Assembly (NCBI GenBank): GCA_964462515.1
Contig: CAYWXK010000013.1
Coordinates: 4,675 to 68,674 of the forward strand
Direction: 5' to 3'
DNA: 64,000 bases
Source of the DNA: an uncultured Pirellulales bacterium
GTDB taxonomy: Bacteria; Planctomycetota; Phycisphaerae; Sedimentisphaerales; Anaerobacaceae
The translations under genes and the position numbers were made by a program. Below the pieces are notes generated by a model. The model did not search any database, was not told where the DNA came from, and worked only from the letters and a program-made list of their open reading frames with translations. Position 1 is the stretch's first letter, and each line of letters opens with the position of its first letter. Of this stretch, positions 27,617-37,576 are shown piece by piece.

Positions 27617-28993
27617 ATGAAAGGATTGATTAACTGGTTAATTGTAGTAGCTGTAGGCTTTGTTCTGATGGCTTTTTCTTATTTTAATTATCAGCACCAG
27701 CCAGGCTCTAATCCGTGGAAATATGCCTTTATGTATATAGGAAAGGCCGACCCAAATTTGGAAGCCGAGGGGTTTGAATACGTCAAAAGACCAATCCGTC
27801 TTTTGCCGATGTCGGGCCGGGCGCAGAATTTTATGGCGCTGGCTCGCAGTTTCGGTCCTCATATTGAGCAATCTTATCGTGTTATGTATCAGGAAAGACT
27901 CATTCTGTATCCTGACATTGCTTCGGATTTCACAAATCAGATGCTTGAATGGGGGCGTTTTCCTTCGCCCGATGCCAACGAGGTGCTCGCCGGCTACTGC
28001 ATAAAGAATAAAGATAATGTTACCGTTAATGGCCACAAATTTGGCGTGGTGGGACAATTTAAGAAGGATGTTCGGCTCTTTATAGACAGCTACCTTTTTA
28101 ACGATAGTTCGGCAGCAGGTGAATTGTTTAATCCCCAAAATGAAGGCGTCCAGAATGCCTATATCCTTCAATTGCCAAAAGAGAAATTGAGTGATTTAAA
28201 AGTTCAAGAACAACTTAAAAAGGCATTTCCAGAGTCGCAGTTTGTCGCGTATGCCCCGCTGATTCGGACAGAGCGGGTCCCCTTTTTTCTCTATATTCTG
28301 GGAATGGCGATTCTTTTTATGGGTGGTTCTGTTTTTCTTTTTAAGGTCTATTGTTTTCTGTCTGAAAGGATTGTCAATAATTGGCTTCGTTTGCCTTTAC
28401 TGGAGATTAGCAAATACAAGCGTCTTTTCCTTGCTTTGCATTTTATTTACTTTGGAGTCGCTATTTTGTTTATCCTCGTGGCTTATTGTCTGCCGGAGCT
28501 TCAGGCCTGCTTATTAGCAGGGATAAAGTCCCAGGTAACGGGTGGTTCAGGCCCTCTTGCTGTAGCAGGCAGGGCCTATATGAGCAAAAATATCCTGAGA
28601 GCTGCTGTAACTACATTTGCAATTAACTTTTTCCTCGGTTCTGTGGCTTATATAACTATCCCATCAGTAATCATTCCGGGTGTGGGTGTTTTGGCCGCAA
28701 CTTTCAGGGCTATGGCGTGGGGGCTGCTATTAGCTCCAACTTTTGATACGCTGTCCGGAGCGATGCTGCCGCATAGCTTAACCATATTGCTCGAAGGCGA
28801 AGGATATGTTGTAGCTTCGTTCTTTGGCCTGCTTGTTTTGGTTTATCTTTTCCGCAAGGCCGAAGGCCCAAGCATACCAGGCCGATATGGCAAAGCACTG
28901 CTAATGAATCTTAGAGGTAATGTGCTTGTGGCAATTGTCCTTGCGATAGCGGCGATTTACGAGGCGATTGAAGTTATATTGAGCATGCTATAA
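27617..28993 (+). CDS. polytopic membrane protein (unknown function)
   Basis: 458 aa. An N-terminal TM helix, a soluble domain of about 200 aa, then 6 or more TM helices. No recognised motif. Confidence 0.5.
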   Translation: MKGLINWLIVVAVGFVLMAFSYFNYQHQPGSNPWKYAFMYIGKADPNLEAEGFEYVKRPIRLLPMSGRAQNFMALARSFGPHIEQSYRVMYQERLILYPDIASDFTNQMLEWGRFPSPDANEVLAGYCIKNKDNVTVNGHKFGVVGQFKKDVRLFIDSYLFNDSSAAGELFNPQNEGVQNAYILQLPKEKLSDLKVQEQLKKAFPESQFVAYAPLIRTERVPFFLYILGMAILFMGGSVFLFKVYCFLSERIVNNWLRLPLLEISKYKRLFLALHFIYFGVAILFILVAYCLPELQACLLAGIKSQVTGGSGPLAVAGRAYMSKNILRAAVTTFAINFFLGSVAYITIPSVIIPGVGVLAATFRAMAWGLLLAPTFDTLSGAMLPHSLTILLEGEGYVVASFFGLLVLVYLFRKAEGPSIPGRYGKALLMNLRGNVLVAIVLAIAAIYEAIEVILSML

Positions 28994-28997
28994 ATTA

Positions 28998-29078
28998 GCC
29001 CGCACCAATTGAACGGTAACGAGCGTTTTTTGCAAGAAACTGGATGGCCTCAATTTTGGGCGAACAATTGGTGCGGGG
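28998..29078. repeat. inverted-repeat element 'gcccgcaccaattgaacgg...gcgaacaattggtgcgggg'
   Basis: Same terminal arms as the 24967 and 31080 elements. Located between convergent genes, so it is a candidate bidirectional terminator. Confidence 0.75.
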
Positions 29079-29083
29079 TAAGA

Positions 29084-30793
29084 TTAGCCGGTCAGCAGCT
29101 CGAATTCTTCGGGACTGAGGGATTGTCTTAATTTCTGCAGCGCAATCAATTCGATCTGGCGGACTCTTTCTTTGCTGAGACCGAGGTCTTCGCCGATTTG
29201 CTTGAGGGTCCTTCTGGTTTTTTTTATTGTTGGGCCGAGCAGGCCGAAATGATTTGTGATTATGTATTGCTCGCGCTGGTTGAGATTGTTAGCGATGACC
29301 TGTGCAAGGTTCTGGCGTGCCTTTTCGACAGAAGCAATATCTGCGGCGGTTTGCAGGTTGCGTTCGAGCTGGCCAAGTCGTGCCAGTGAGGCTGCTATCG
29401 CCTTATGGGGTGGTGGTGCCGCGGCAGGTATTTTGCGGGCGTAGTCATAAGTTATGGCCCACGCGAGGCGATTGGCGAATCGGTAGCCTTTGGTGTAATC
29501 AAATTTCTCGACCTCCTCTACAAGGGAAAGATTTCCCCTGCTAATAAGGTCCGTCAGATTTGCGCCTGTGGTAGTGTGCTTGATTGCGATGCTGACGACA
29601 AGCCGCAGATTTGCTTCGGTTATCATTTTTTTAATTGTCTCGGCCTCGGCTAAATACCTTTCGATTTGGTTTAGCAAGGCACTTGAGACGCGCTTTAAAT
29701 TTATCTTGTCACGGGCTGTGCAAGCCAGGTATTTGAGAAAATTGTATCTGCAGAATAGTTCAATTTCGCTGTCTCTGTTGAGCACAGGGGTATTTTTTAA
29801 TATCTGCAAATACTCCGGCAGCAAAGATGTGCCTGCTAACTCGAATGGCTCGGCGTTTTGGGATGTCTGCGGCAGGGCCGGAGCTATAATGCTGAGCGGC
29901 TGCGCAAGAATCCTTTCTTTAGCGTTTTCCTGGAGAAATTCGTCGCTGGGGACAAATTCGATTTTCTTGGCGAGAATGTCTCTTGCCCTTCGTTGGTTTA
30001 TAATCCTATATATAGAGCTTCTGTTGCGGTGGAATCGCTTCATAAGGTCTTTGACATCGGTGTCTTCCTGAAAAAGTTTGTAGATTTCGGCAGCTTGAGC
30101 GGGGTCGATTACACCAGGCGGCTTGTGGAAAATGGGCTTATCAGGGTTGGTCTTTTGGTAGTTTAGGATTGTATATCTGACGGTTTCGTGAGACCTGCCA
30201 ATTTTGGCGGCTATATTGCTTATGATTTGGTGACGTGACAGGTTTGTAGTGGCGGCGAGCCTGGCAGCCAACTGTATAATCCGGCGTTTTTCTCTGTTGG
30301 TTAAGTGCGTTAACCTTTTTGCTTTGTCGGCAAGGTTTGGATTTGCTGCCAGGAATTTGTCCACCACAGAGCGCAGGAAGCCGAAGCGTTTTACACCATC
30401 GTTGAAAACGAACTTTCGGGCAAGCAGGCCCCGCTTTCGCCAGCGGTGAATTGTTTTGGTTGAGACGCCGAGGTGTGCGGCAAGCTCCTCGATGGAATAG
30501 ACCTTTTGAGGTTGCCCTGAGGCGGCATCTGCAACCTGGCCGCTTAGCTTGGAAATGAAAATCTGCAGGTCTTCGAGAAGCTCGCTGCCTTTTATGAGCT
30601 GGCCGGCATCGGCTTTCTTCGGAAGGAAGCCTGTTATGCGAAAGCACACGAACTCAAAAGGGTACTCTTTGTTTTTATCGATGATTGCGCAAAGTTTTTC
30701 GGCAGCTTCGAGCTGCTTGCGTCGTTTTTTGAGGGGCGTGAAGCGAAGCTGCATCAACAATTCCGCAAGATTTTGATTCTTTATCCGTCGCAT
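29084..30793 (-). CDS. sigma-70 family RNA polymerase sigma factor with ~350-aa N-terminal extension containing three HTH-like motifs
   Basis: C-terminal region 2 (LRLVVSIAIKH...LISRGNLSLVEEVEKFDYTKGYRFANRLAWAI) and region 4.2 (TLKQIGEDLGLSKERVRQIELIALQKLR). There is no clear region 3. The N-terminal HTH-like segments are excisionase/MerR-like VYSIEELAAHLGVSTKTIHRWRKRGLL, then LSRHQIISNIAAKIGRSHETVRYTI, then SSIYRIINQRRARD. Confidence 0.75.
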   Translation of the reverse strand: MRRIKNQNLAELLMQLRFTPLKKRRKQLEAAEKLCAIIDKNKEYPFEFVCFRITGFLPKKADAGQLIKGSELLEDLQIFISKLSGQVADAASGQPQKVYSIEELAAHLGVSTKTIHRWRKRGLLARKFVFNDGVKRFGFLRSVVDKFLAANPNLADKAKRLTHLTNREKRRIIQLAARLAATTNLSRHQIISNIAAKIGRSHETVRYTILNYQKTNPDKPIFHKPPGVIDPAQAAEIYKLFQEDTDVKDLMKRFHRNRSSIYRIINQRRARDILAKKIEFVPSDEFLQENAKERILAQPLSIIAPALPQTSQNAEPFELAGTSLLPEYLQILKNTPVLNRDSEIELFCRYNFLKYLACTARDKINLKRVSSALLNQIERYLAEAETIKKMITEANLRLVVSIAIKHTTTGANLTDLISRGNLSLVEEVEKFDYTKGYRFANRLAWAITYDYARKIPAAAPPPHKAIAASLARLGQLERNLQTAADIASVEKARQNLAQVIANNLNQREQYIITNHFGLLGPTIKKTRRTLKQIGEDLGLSKERVRQIELIALQKLRQSLSPEEFELLTG

Positions 30794-31079
30794 CGTTTTG
30801 TATTTCGCATATCGTATTTCGTAGTTCGTATATCGTTATAATCAGAATTCAGAAAACCGTTTGACCATCCAGACCTTTCGCCATACCATGACTTGAAGGC
30901 TGTGGCTGGTGGTCCATAATTCTAAATTCTACATTCTAATACTACAGCGCAAATACTTTTTTTAACAATGGTATAACAAAAATCCGAAGCACGAAATCCT
31001 AAATCCGAAATCTCCCTGCTGGCAGGCTGGAATTCGAAATTAAAAATCCAAATGACTAATAGCTTCTAACAAAAAGACC

Positions 31080-31182
31080 GTCATTGCGAGCCCCGCACCA
31101 ATTGAACTGCTGCGAGCGTTTCTTTCAGAAGACCGGACATTTCCGACTTTGGCCGAACAATTGGTGCGGGGCGTGGCAATCC
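31080..31182. repeat. 'gtcattgcgag-ccccgcaccaattgaac...caattggtgcgggg-cgtggcaatc' inverted-repeat element
   Basis: The most complete copy of the element family: outer gtcattgcgag/ggcaatc flanks plus the ccccgcaccaattg arms. Confidence 0.75.
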
Positions 31183-31639
31183 TATTTCAAAATGGCTCCC
31201 CTAAATGAACGCCCCCGATGTCCCTGCAAACAGCGGCCAAAAAAACCGCCCCCCAAAATCGCTTACACCGAAAACTTAAACCGTCTGCCCCGTCTTCTTG
31301 TTCAGCGCCACAATAAACTGAACATCCGTCCCCTCTAGGTGCAGTATCAATAAATCGCCAAACAGAACCAGCGACGACCAGCCCCGGTCGTGTATCGCAG
31401 TCTTCCACTTTACATTTTGTGTCTCGCCCCACGCCAGGCACGCAAACAAACCGCTAACCACCCCCCCTGCGCTAAACTGCACAAATCAACCTCCGATTAA
31501 AACTCTATAATGATTGAGAAATTGTCATTGCTGGGGACGAAGTAATCTCTGATGTTTGATAGGTTGAGATTGATTAGCCCCGCACCGCTTCTGGTGCGGG
31601 GCTTGCAATAACAGCCCGTCACTTGAGGGTAACAAACCG

Positions 31640-32026
31640 CTATATTTCCAGCCCCGACACATCGCCGCCTTTTTCTTTCAGCTTCAGAAAATAAATCTGG
31701 AACCGCTCTTTCAAGGCTGCAATGGAACTAACAAGCTTTTCCATCTCAGGTTGTATCTTTTTAGTCGCCTCTACCACCTCAGTAACCGAAAGGTTGTCGA
31801 GCTTGGCAGCAATCTTATCTATCTCCTCCTGCTTAGCTGTCAGGGCTTCTTTATACTTCAACGCCATCTCCTTTAGCTCCTCGGCATTCATTTTTAGAGC
31901 TTCAGCCTTGACCTCATCGATAGGCTTGTTTTCATCGGCCCTTGTTTCCTTTTTACTGCAGCCCGTAATTGCCAGTAACCACACAACCAACAGACACCCA
32001 AAAGTGACACTTCTTGCAATCCTCAT
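31640..32026 (-). CDS. coiled-coil lipoprotein (unknown function)
   Basis: Lipobox LLAITGCSKK, then a K/E-rich coiled coil. Confidence 0.5.
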   Translation of the reverse strand: MRIARSVTFGCLLVVWLLAITGCSKKETRADENKPIDEVKAEALKMNAEELKEMALKYKEALTAKQEEIDKIAAKLDNLSVTEVVEATKKIQPEMEKLVSSIAALKERFQIYFLKLKEKGGDVSGLEI

Positions 32027-32255
32027 TTTTCATTTCCTTTCAAAAATCGTTATCATCCTGACGTTCTGGCATACTCAATCCAATCAAATTATGCTCAAGC
32101 CTCTTATTTCATCAGAGCCTACAACTATATCTCGCTCTACCAACAAATCAAGAAAAAAACATACATCCAGAACTTCTGCCTTCTGTCTAAAACGACTTGC
32201 GATATACGAAATACGAACGACGAGCCACGATTCACGAGCCGCGAACCACATGCGT

Positions 32256-33482
32256 CTAACAAACCGCGTTCATTTCTTCTACGTATGACTCAAGTCTCCT
32301 CAGGCGTGCCTTGAAAGCATTATAGAGGCCATCCGAACTTTCGCGTAGAGTCCTTTGCGAGTTAGTGTGCGGATTGATTGAGGTGGCGTAATCTACCTGC
32401 TTTATCAGCTCCTCAGGTACGGATGTTGCACAGCTCAAAGCTCCGCTGATGCCGGCGGCTATAGATGCAAGGCAGTCGGTGTCTCTTCCCATATTCACAG
32501 CCGCTTTCATCGCCTCCCACGTATTGGCTTTAGTCATTTTGAATACGCACACCGCCTTGGTGACAACTTCGTTGGCGTAGCTGCTGGCGTAAGGAATACC
32601 TTTGCCGCTATAGACCGTGTCGAACTTTTTTCGCATATCCCGAAAGTCTTTGCAATCTTCCGTGAGCTTAATAGCTCTTTCCAGCTCCGAGCGGATCCCT
32701 GCCTCCTTGACAAAGCGCCTGTCGGCCTTGTCACAGTTGTCAAAGATTGCCCCCAGCACGCTCTCTACGCTGGCGTCCGGTTTAGTAGCAGCCGCAATAG
32801 CGACAGCCGTAACTTCCGCCCAAAGAATCCCTCGGCTGTTGGCTGTGTTGTAGAGCTGCCCAACTTCACGAACATCGTCGATGGTTCCCTGAATGTCCCC
32901 GGCGTTTATCAGTCCAATCGGGTGACACGACCGCGCCAGAGACACCAGCCCGGAGTAATCGCAATATTTGCCTATATCCGCTGCAGCTATCGGCGTCTTG
33001 GCCATCGCTAAAAGTGCTCCTTCAAACGGTTCCGATACCAGGCCCGCGGCGTTGGGGTTCATATGCTTCACCCAGGCTGCTCGCAGGTCCTCGGCGTTGA
33101 TACGGTCCTGCTTTTCGATGATTGCTGTAATCATCAGCTTCTGGCGTTCGACACCGTCTTCGGTTGTGCCCGGCTCGCGGACCCAGTTGCTTGTCCCCCG
33201 GTAGTGTTGATAAGGCAAGAGTTTGTTGAGCGTGCCGTATTCGTTTTCGATTTTTTCCCAGGGCCATCCTTCAACCGCTGCTCCCATTGATGAGCCGATG
33301 TGGCAGCCGGCAATGCAGCCGAAAAACTTCTCACGCAAGCTTGCCGGTCCCGACTTATCCTGCTCTGCTTTTGATTCCTCCGCCCCCAAAATCGCACGGG
33401 TATAGACTGTCATAGCGGACGCTGCCAACAGACCACCTTTCAAAAAAGAACGGCGGTCGATAAAATTGTTACTGTTTTTCAT
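32256..33482 (-). CDS. ADP-ribosylglycohydrolase family protein with Tat signal
   Basis: Twin-arginine motif RRSFLKGGLLAASAMTVYT. N-terminal family motif GCIAGCHIGSSMGAAVEG and C-terminal DTDCLASIAAGISGAL. Start taken at the internal ATG (MKNSNN). Confidence 0.7.
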   Translation of the reverse strand: MKNSNNFIDRRSFLKGGLLAASAMTVYTRAILGAEESKAEQDKSGPASLREKFFGCIAGCHIGSSMGAAVEGWPWEKIENEYGTLNKLLPYQHYRGTSNWVREPGTTEDGVERQKLMITAIIEKQDRINAEDLRAAWVKHMNPNAAGLVSEPFEGALLAMAKTPIAAADIGKYCDYSGLVSLARSCHPIGLINAGDIQGTIDDVREVGQLYNTANSRGILWAEVTAVAIAAATKPDASVESVLGAIFDNCDKADRRFVKEAGIRSELERAIKLTEDCKDFRDMRKKFDTVYSGKGIPYASSYANEVVTKAVCVFKMTKANTWEAMKAAVNMGRDTDCLASIAAGISGALSCATSVPEELIKQVDYATSINPHTNSQRTLRESSDGLYNAFKARLRRLESYVEEMNAVC

Positions 33483-33511
33483 CTTTTTACTCCAGATAAA
33501 ATTTTTCAAGC

Positions 33512-34471
33512 TTACGCATCCACGCATTCACGTGTCACGGGCGGCCAGTCACGTCTGAGGTGCTGCTGCGCCCATATAGCAAGGGCCGCACCTGCTAACA
33601 AAACCAGCCCGAAAAGCACCTGAAAAATATTCAGCGACTCGCCAAAAACCACGTGCGAAATCGCAAAGACAATAAACGGCTGCGCCAGTATCACCAGCGC
33701 CGGAATCGTAGCCCCAATTCGCCTCATCGCAGCATAATACAAAACGTGCGATAGTGCTATACTCAGCACCGCCGAAATCGCAACAGCCGCCCACTCCCTC
33801 GGCCCAATACCTGCGCAGCCGCTAAGTTTGCCAAACATAAGCGCAAGTAAAAAAAGCCCCACAACCGTATAAATGCTTATCACCGAAAACCCGCTGCGAG
33901 AGTCAATATCTCGAAATGCAACTCTTACAGAAAGCGTATATACCGCCCACATAAACGCCTGAGCAAGTGTAATGACCACACCCGTTACCATTCCGCTCGC
34001 TGCAATCCCGACAGGTCGGGACCTAAAATACATAACCCCAACCACTCCGACCACCGAAAGCACCAGCCCCAGCCAGAAACGCTTGCTTCTCACTAACGGT
34101 CTTTCCTCAGCAAAAAAAATAATAGAAAAGCTCGCCACCCAGATAATAGAGCTTTTCGCCAGCAGGGTCATAAAAGCCGGGCCGATGTAATAAAAAGCCG
34201 CCGCATATAAACCCTGCATAATGATATTCGCCATAGCCGGCACAATCGCCCTCCGCCAGGTCCTTGTGTTAAACCGCTTTGTTTTGATGGAGAACACCAG
34301 AAATGGCAGCCAGAATAGACACGCCACCGTATATCGCAGGACGTTTTGTGTCCATGAGTCTAAATACCCTGTCAGGTATGTTATAAAAATCGGCCCAAGC
34401 GACCAGAACGCCAGTGCCCCCCCACACTCCACCGTCGCCGTAACATCAATCTTTCTGATACGTTCACTCAC
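33512..34471 (-). CDS. EamA/DMT-family transporter
   Basis: Ten predicted TM helices and a duplicated EamA-like layout. Confidence 0.65.
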   Translation of the reverse strand: MSERIRKIDVTATVECGGALAFWSLGPIFITYLTGYLDSWTQNVLRYTVACLFWLPFLVFSIKTKRFNTRTWRRAIVPAMANIIMQGLYAAAFYYIGPAFMTLLAKSSIIWVASFSIIFFAEERPLVRSKRFWLGLVLSVVGVVGVMYFRSRPVGIAASGMVTGVVITLAQAFMWAVYTLSVRVAFRDIDSRSGFSVISIYTVVGLFLLALMFGKLSGCAGIGPREWAAVAISAVLSIALSHVLYYAAMRRIGATIPALVILAQPFIVFAISHVVFGESLNIFQVLFGLVLLAGAALAIWAQQHLRRDWPPVTRECVDA

Positions 34472-34706
34472 TAAAAGACTCTAACAAAAAGAATTTTAGC
34501 CACAGAGAACACAGAGAAATGAATTATAAGCAGTGTAAATCTGTGTTAATCCGTGTCTAATATCAACAGGTTAATCTGTGTCTTTTTCATTATGTTAGAC
34601 GCTCTAAATATCTCCATTCTCCAGATTTCTCCTCACTATATCACATACCCGCTATCGTTTGGCAGAAAAAATTGAAAATAATAAATTGTAAATAGAAAAT
34701 ATCGAA

Positions 34707-34797
34707 CGTCCTCCGTCCTCTGTCTTCTGTCTTCTGTCTTCTGTCCTCTGTGTTCTGTCCTCCGTCTTCTGCCTTCCATCCCTGCCCCCTGCCCCCC
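34707..34797. repeat. pyrimidine-rich microsatellite (tc[ct]gtc[ct]tc units)
   Basis: cgtcctccgtcctctgtcttctgtcttctgtcttctgtcctctgtgttctgtcctccgtcttctgccttccatccctgccccctgccccccc. About 9-10 imperfect units lie upstream of the 34948 gene. Confidence 0.7.
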
Positions 34798-34947
34798 CGA
34801 TAATCTGATGTTCTACACCCATATTTCCTGATAAACTGATTCCCTGAACCCCGAACCCTGGCCCCTAATAAAGAATTTTTTCTTGCTTCTCATCACCTAC
34901 TTTGGTATAATTCGATAAGCTAACGATACTTATGAGGAGACAAAGCT

Positions 34948-37521
34948 ATGAACAAAGCAAATCTAAAAAGTTTGTTTGCGATTTCGATAATTCAGCCAGC
35001 GATTGTATTAGTACTTATCCTGTCCTTATTTAATCCGGCTTGTTCTGTTTTTGCTGAGTCGCACGACATGGTTTCTATCCCGGGCGGCGAGTTTCAAATG
35101 GGCGATAGTAAAAATGAAAGTTGGATATCTGAACGGCCTGTCCATGCAGTTACCCTGGATTCGTTCTATATTGGTAAGTATGAGGTAACAAACCAGCAGT
35201 ATTGTGCTTTCCTCAACTGGGCGGATGACAACGGCTGGATTACAGTCACAAACGGTGTTGTTTACAAAGCCGGTTCCGGGACCAGTTATCCATATTGTGA
35301 CACATTTTCGGCAGATTATTACAGCCAGATTTCCTACAGCGGCGATGTTTTCAGCGTTAGAACCAAGGGCGTTCGCAATATGGCCAACGACCCGATGGTT
35401 ATGGTCAGTTGGTATGGAGCGGCTGCTTATTGCAACTGGCGAAGCCAGCAGGAAGGAAAAGAGCAGTGTTATAATCTTTCGACCTGGGCGTGTGATTTTA
35501 GTAAGAAGGGTTATCGTCTTGCAACTGAGGCGGAATGGGAATATGCGGCGAGGGGTGGCCTTGTGGGGAGGCGATTCCCGTGGGGCGATACTATCTCCCA
35601 TAGCCAGGCGAATTATTTAAGCGATAGTTCATATTCCTATGATATAAGCCCAACAAGGGGTCATCATCCGACCTGGATTGATGGGATTTATCCATATACT
35701 GCGCCAGTGGGTAGTTTCCAAGCTAACGGCTACGGTCTTTATGAAATGGCGGGTAATGTCTGGGAGTGGTGTAATGACTGGTACTCGAGCACTTATTACA
35801 GTACAACACCCTATCCTCATGTTAATCCAACTGGACCGATTTCTGACACTTACCGTGTTATGCGTGGCGGCGGATGGGTCTACTTCGCCGAATACTGTCG
35901 TGTGGCATTCCGCTTCGGCCACGAACCGCGATACCGGGCCTTCAGCCTCGGATTTCGTCTTGTCCTTGGATACGGCAAAGAATTTATGATTACTTTTGAC
36001 GATGGTCCCGTGCCGGGAAATACAAAGAACATCGTCGATGCGCTTAAGAATATCAAGGTCGCTAATGGTGAGCCGGTAAAAGCTGGATTCTTTATGGTTG
36101 GCGTTGGATGTTGTGAAAATTCAACTTGTTTTTGCCCATGGTATGACCGCTGGCCACCTAAAGGAAGCGTAAGAGAGAATCCCGCTCTTGTCCAGATGGC
36201 TGCGAAGGCTGGCCATTACATTGGAGACCATACCCAGCATCATCCTGATTTCAACGCTTGGTTTAAGGACTGGTCTGTTGAGTCTATAAAACTCGAGATA
36301 TCCAACTGTTACAATGAGATAAAAACCGCACTTGGGCTTGGACCTAACGAAGATCTACCAAAAAAGATATTTAGACCTCCTTATTTCTCACTGAACGCGA
36401 ATGTTTGCACGGCCGCGAATAAACTCGACTTCCAGATAATCTTGGGAGCGGGGGAAAACCGTAATCAAGCTCTTGATATCGGTTGGCCTTCTTTGCCTTC
36501 GGCAGACGAAATCAAGGAAAAAGCAAGAACGTTGATTGAAAGTTGGGAAAGAGATGAACCGTGCGTCCTAGTGTTTCATGACATTTCACCCATAACCGCC
36601 AACAACATCGCAGAGATAATTAGGTATCTGCGGGAGGATGAAGGTTTTACTTTGGTTCACTTTGACCCGGACAGACTTCCAGGTGGGCGATCATGGCTTC
36701 TTGGTATAATGAAGAGTTTTATTCGACAAGGTGAGAATAAAAGGGACAGTATATCTTTGGATTCAACGGTCACCAATGCAACCTTTAGTCTTTCATGGCA
36801 AGGAAGCGACATTGACCTTGTGCTCTATAAGCCAGATGGCACAAAGATAGACCCTAATAGCACTCTGGTTGACCCAAATATTAAGTATGCCGAGAGAGAT
36901 ACGTATGAGTATTATTTTATCTCGGATCCAAATCCGGGAAGCTGGATAATGGAGGTTTCAGGCGTAAATGTTCCGCCGGAGGGAGAGAAGTACACCATAA
37001 GAGTCGAGTCCGATACCAATCTGGCACTCTTTGCATTTACTGACAAACCAGCCTATGGATTAAATGAACAGATCTATATAACGGCTGAATTGGTAAATGA
37101 TGAAAACTCAGTTACGGGTGCATTAGTTACGGCAAAAGTCCAACGCCCGGTTGGGTCTATTGATAATCTTACCTTATATGATGATGGCACCCATGGAGAT
37201 GAAGAACCTAATGATGGATTCTACGCAAACGCCTACAAAAACACTTCTCTAAGAGGGTCGTATGAAATTACTGTATCGTCTATTGGTGAGCTAACAGGAG
37301 ACCAATATGAAAGGGCTTTCTCTTTAACAGTTATGGTCGGCTCGATTTTTTATGGGAATATAGACTTTAGTGCCTATGCCGTCTTTGCTGACCACTGGAT
37401 GACTCACAATTGCACGGGTCCCGCTTGGTGTGACACCGCTGACATTGATCAGAGTGGAAAGGTGGACATTTTCGATCTCGGAATCTTAGTCGAATATTGG
37501 CTCGAAGACACTTCCCCTTAG
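34948..37521 (+). CDS. secreted multidomain protein: FGE-sulfatase (SUMF1-like) domain + NodB polysaccharide deacetylase domain + beta-sandwich region + C-terminal dockerin-like repeat
   Basis: Signal peptide. FGE-sulfatase motifs (GGEFQMGD..., WEWCNDWY, RVMRGGGW, GFRLV). NodB motif MITFDDGP with downstream His-rich motifs. C-terminal DIDQSGKVDIFDLGILVEYW. Confidence 0.7.
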   Translation: MNKANLKSLFAISIIQPAIVLVLILSLFNPACSVFAESHDMVSIPGGEFQMGDSKNESWISERPVHAVTLDSFYIGKYEVTNQQYCAFLNWADDNGWITVTNGVVYKAGSGTSYPYCDTFSADYYSQISYSGDVFSVRTKGVRNMANDPMVMVSWYGAAAYCNWRSQQEGKEQCYNLSTWACDFSKKGYRLATEAEWEYAARGGLVGRRFPWGDTISHSQANYLSDSSYSYDISPTRGHHPTWIDGIYPYTAPVGSFQANGYGLYEMAGNVWEWCNDWYSSTYYSTTPYPHVNPTGPISDTYRVMRGGGWVYFAEYCRVAFRFGHEPRYRAFSLGFRLVLGYGKEFMITFDDGPVPGNTKNIVDALKNIKVANGEPVKAGFFMVGVGCCENSTCFCPWYDRWPPKGSVRENPALVQMAAKAGHYIGDHTQHHPDFNAWFKDWSVESIKLEISNCYNEIKTALGLGPNEDLPKKIFRPPYFSLNANVCTAANKLDFQIILGAGENRNQALDIGWPSLPSADEIKEKARTLIESWERDEPCVLVFHDISPITANNIAEIIRYLREDEGFTLVHFDPDRLPGGRSWLLGIMKSFIRQGENKRDSISLDSTVTNATFSLSWQGSDIDLVLYKPDGTKIDPNSTLVDPNIKYAERDTYEYYFISDPNPGSWIMEVSGVNVPPEGEKYTIRVESDTNLALFAFTDKPAYGLNEQIYITAELVNDENSVTGALVTAKVQRPVGSIDNLTLYDDGTHGDEEPNDGFYANAYKNTSLRGSYEITVSSIGELTGDQYERAFSLTVMVGSIFYGNIDFSAYAVFADHWMTHNCTGPAWCDTADIDQSGKVDIFDLGILVEYWLEDTSP

Positions 37522-37576
37522 GGTCAACATAATTTGATGTCGGGCAAAGGGCTGGAAGGTTATTCCATAAACTGTA

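Noticed and set aside
31084-31482. Small ORFs (84 aa, 84 aa, 68 aa) in the 30.8-31.6 kb intergenic region
   Set aside because: They overlap the inverted-repeat element at 31080-31182. Their Cys/Arg/Pro-rich translations and the lack of RBSs indicate non-coding repeat DNA.
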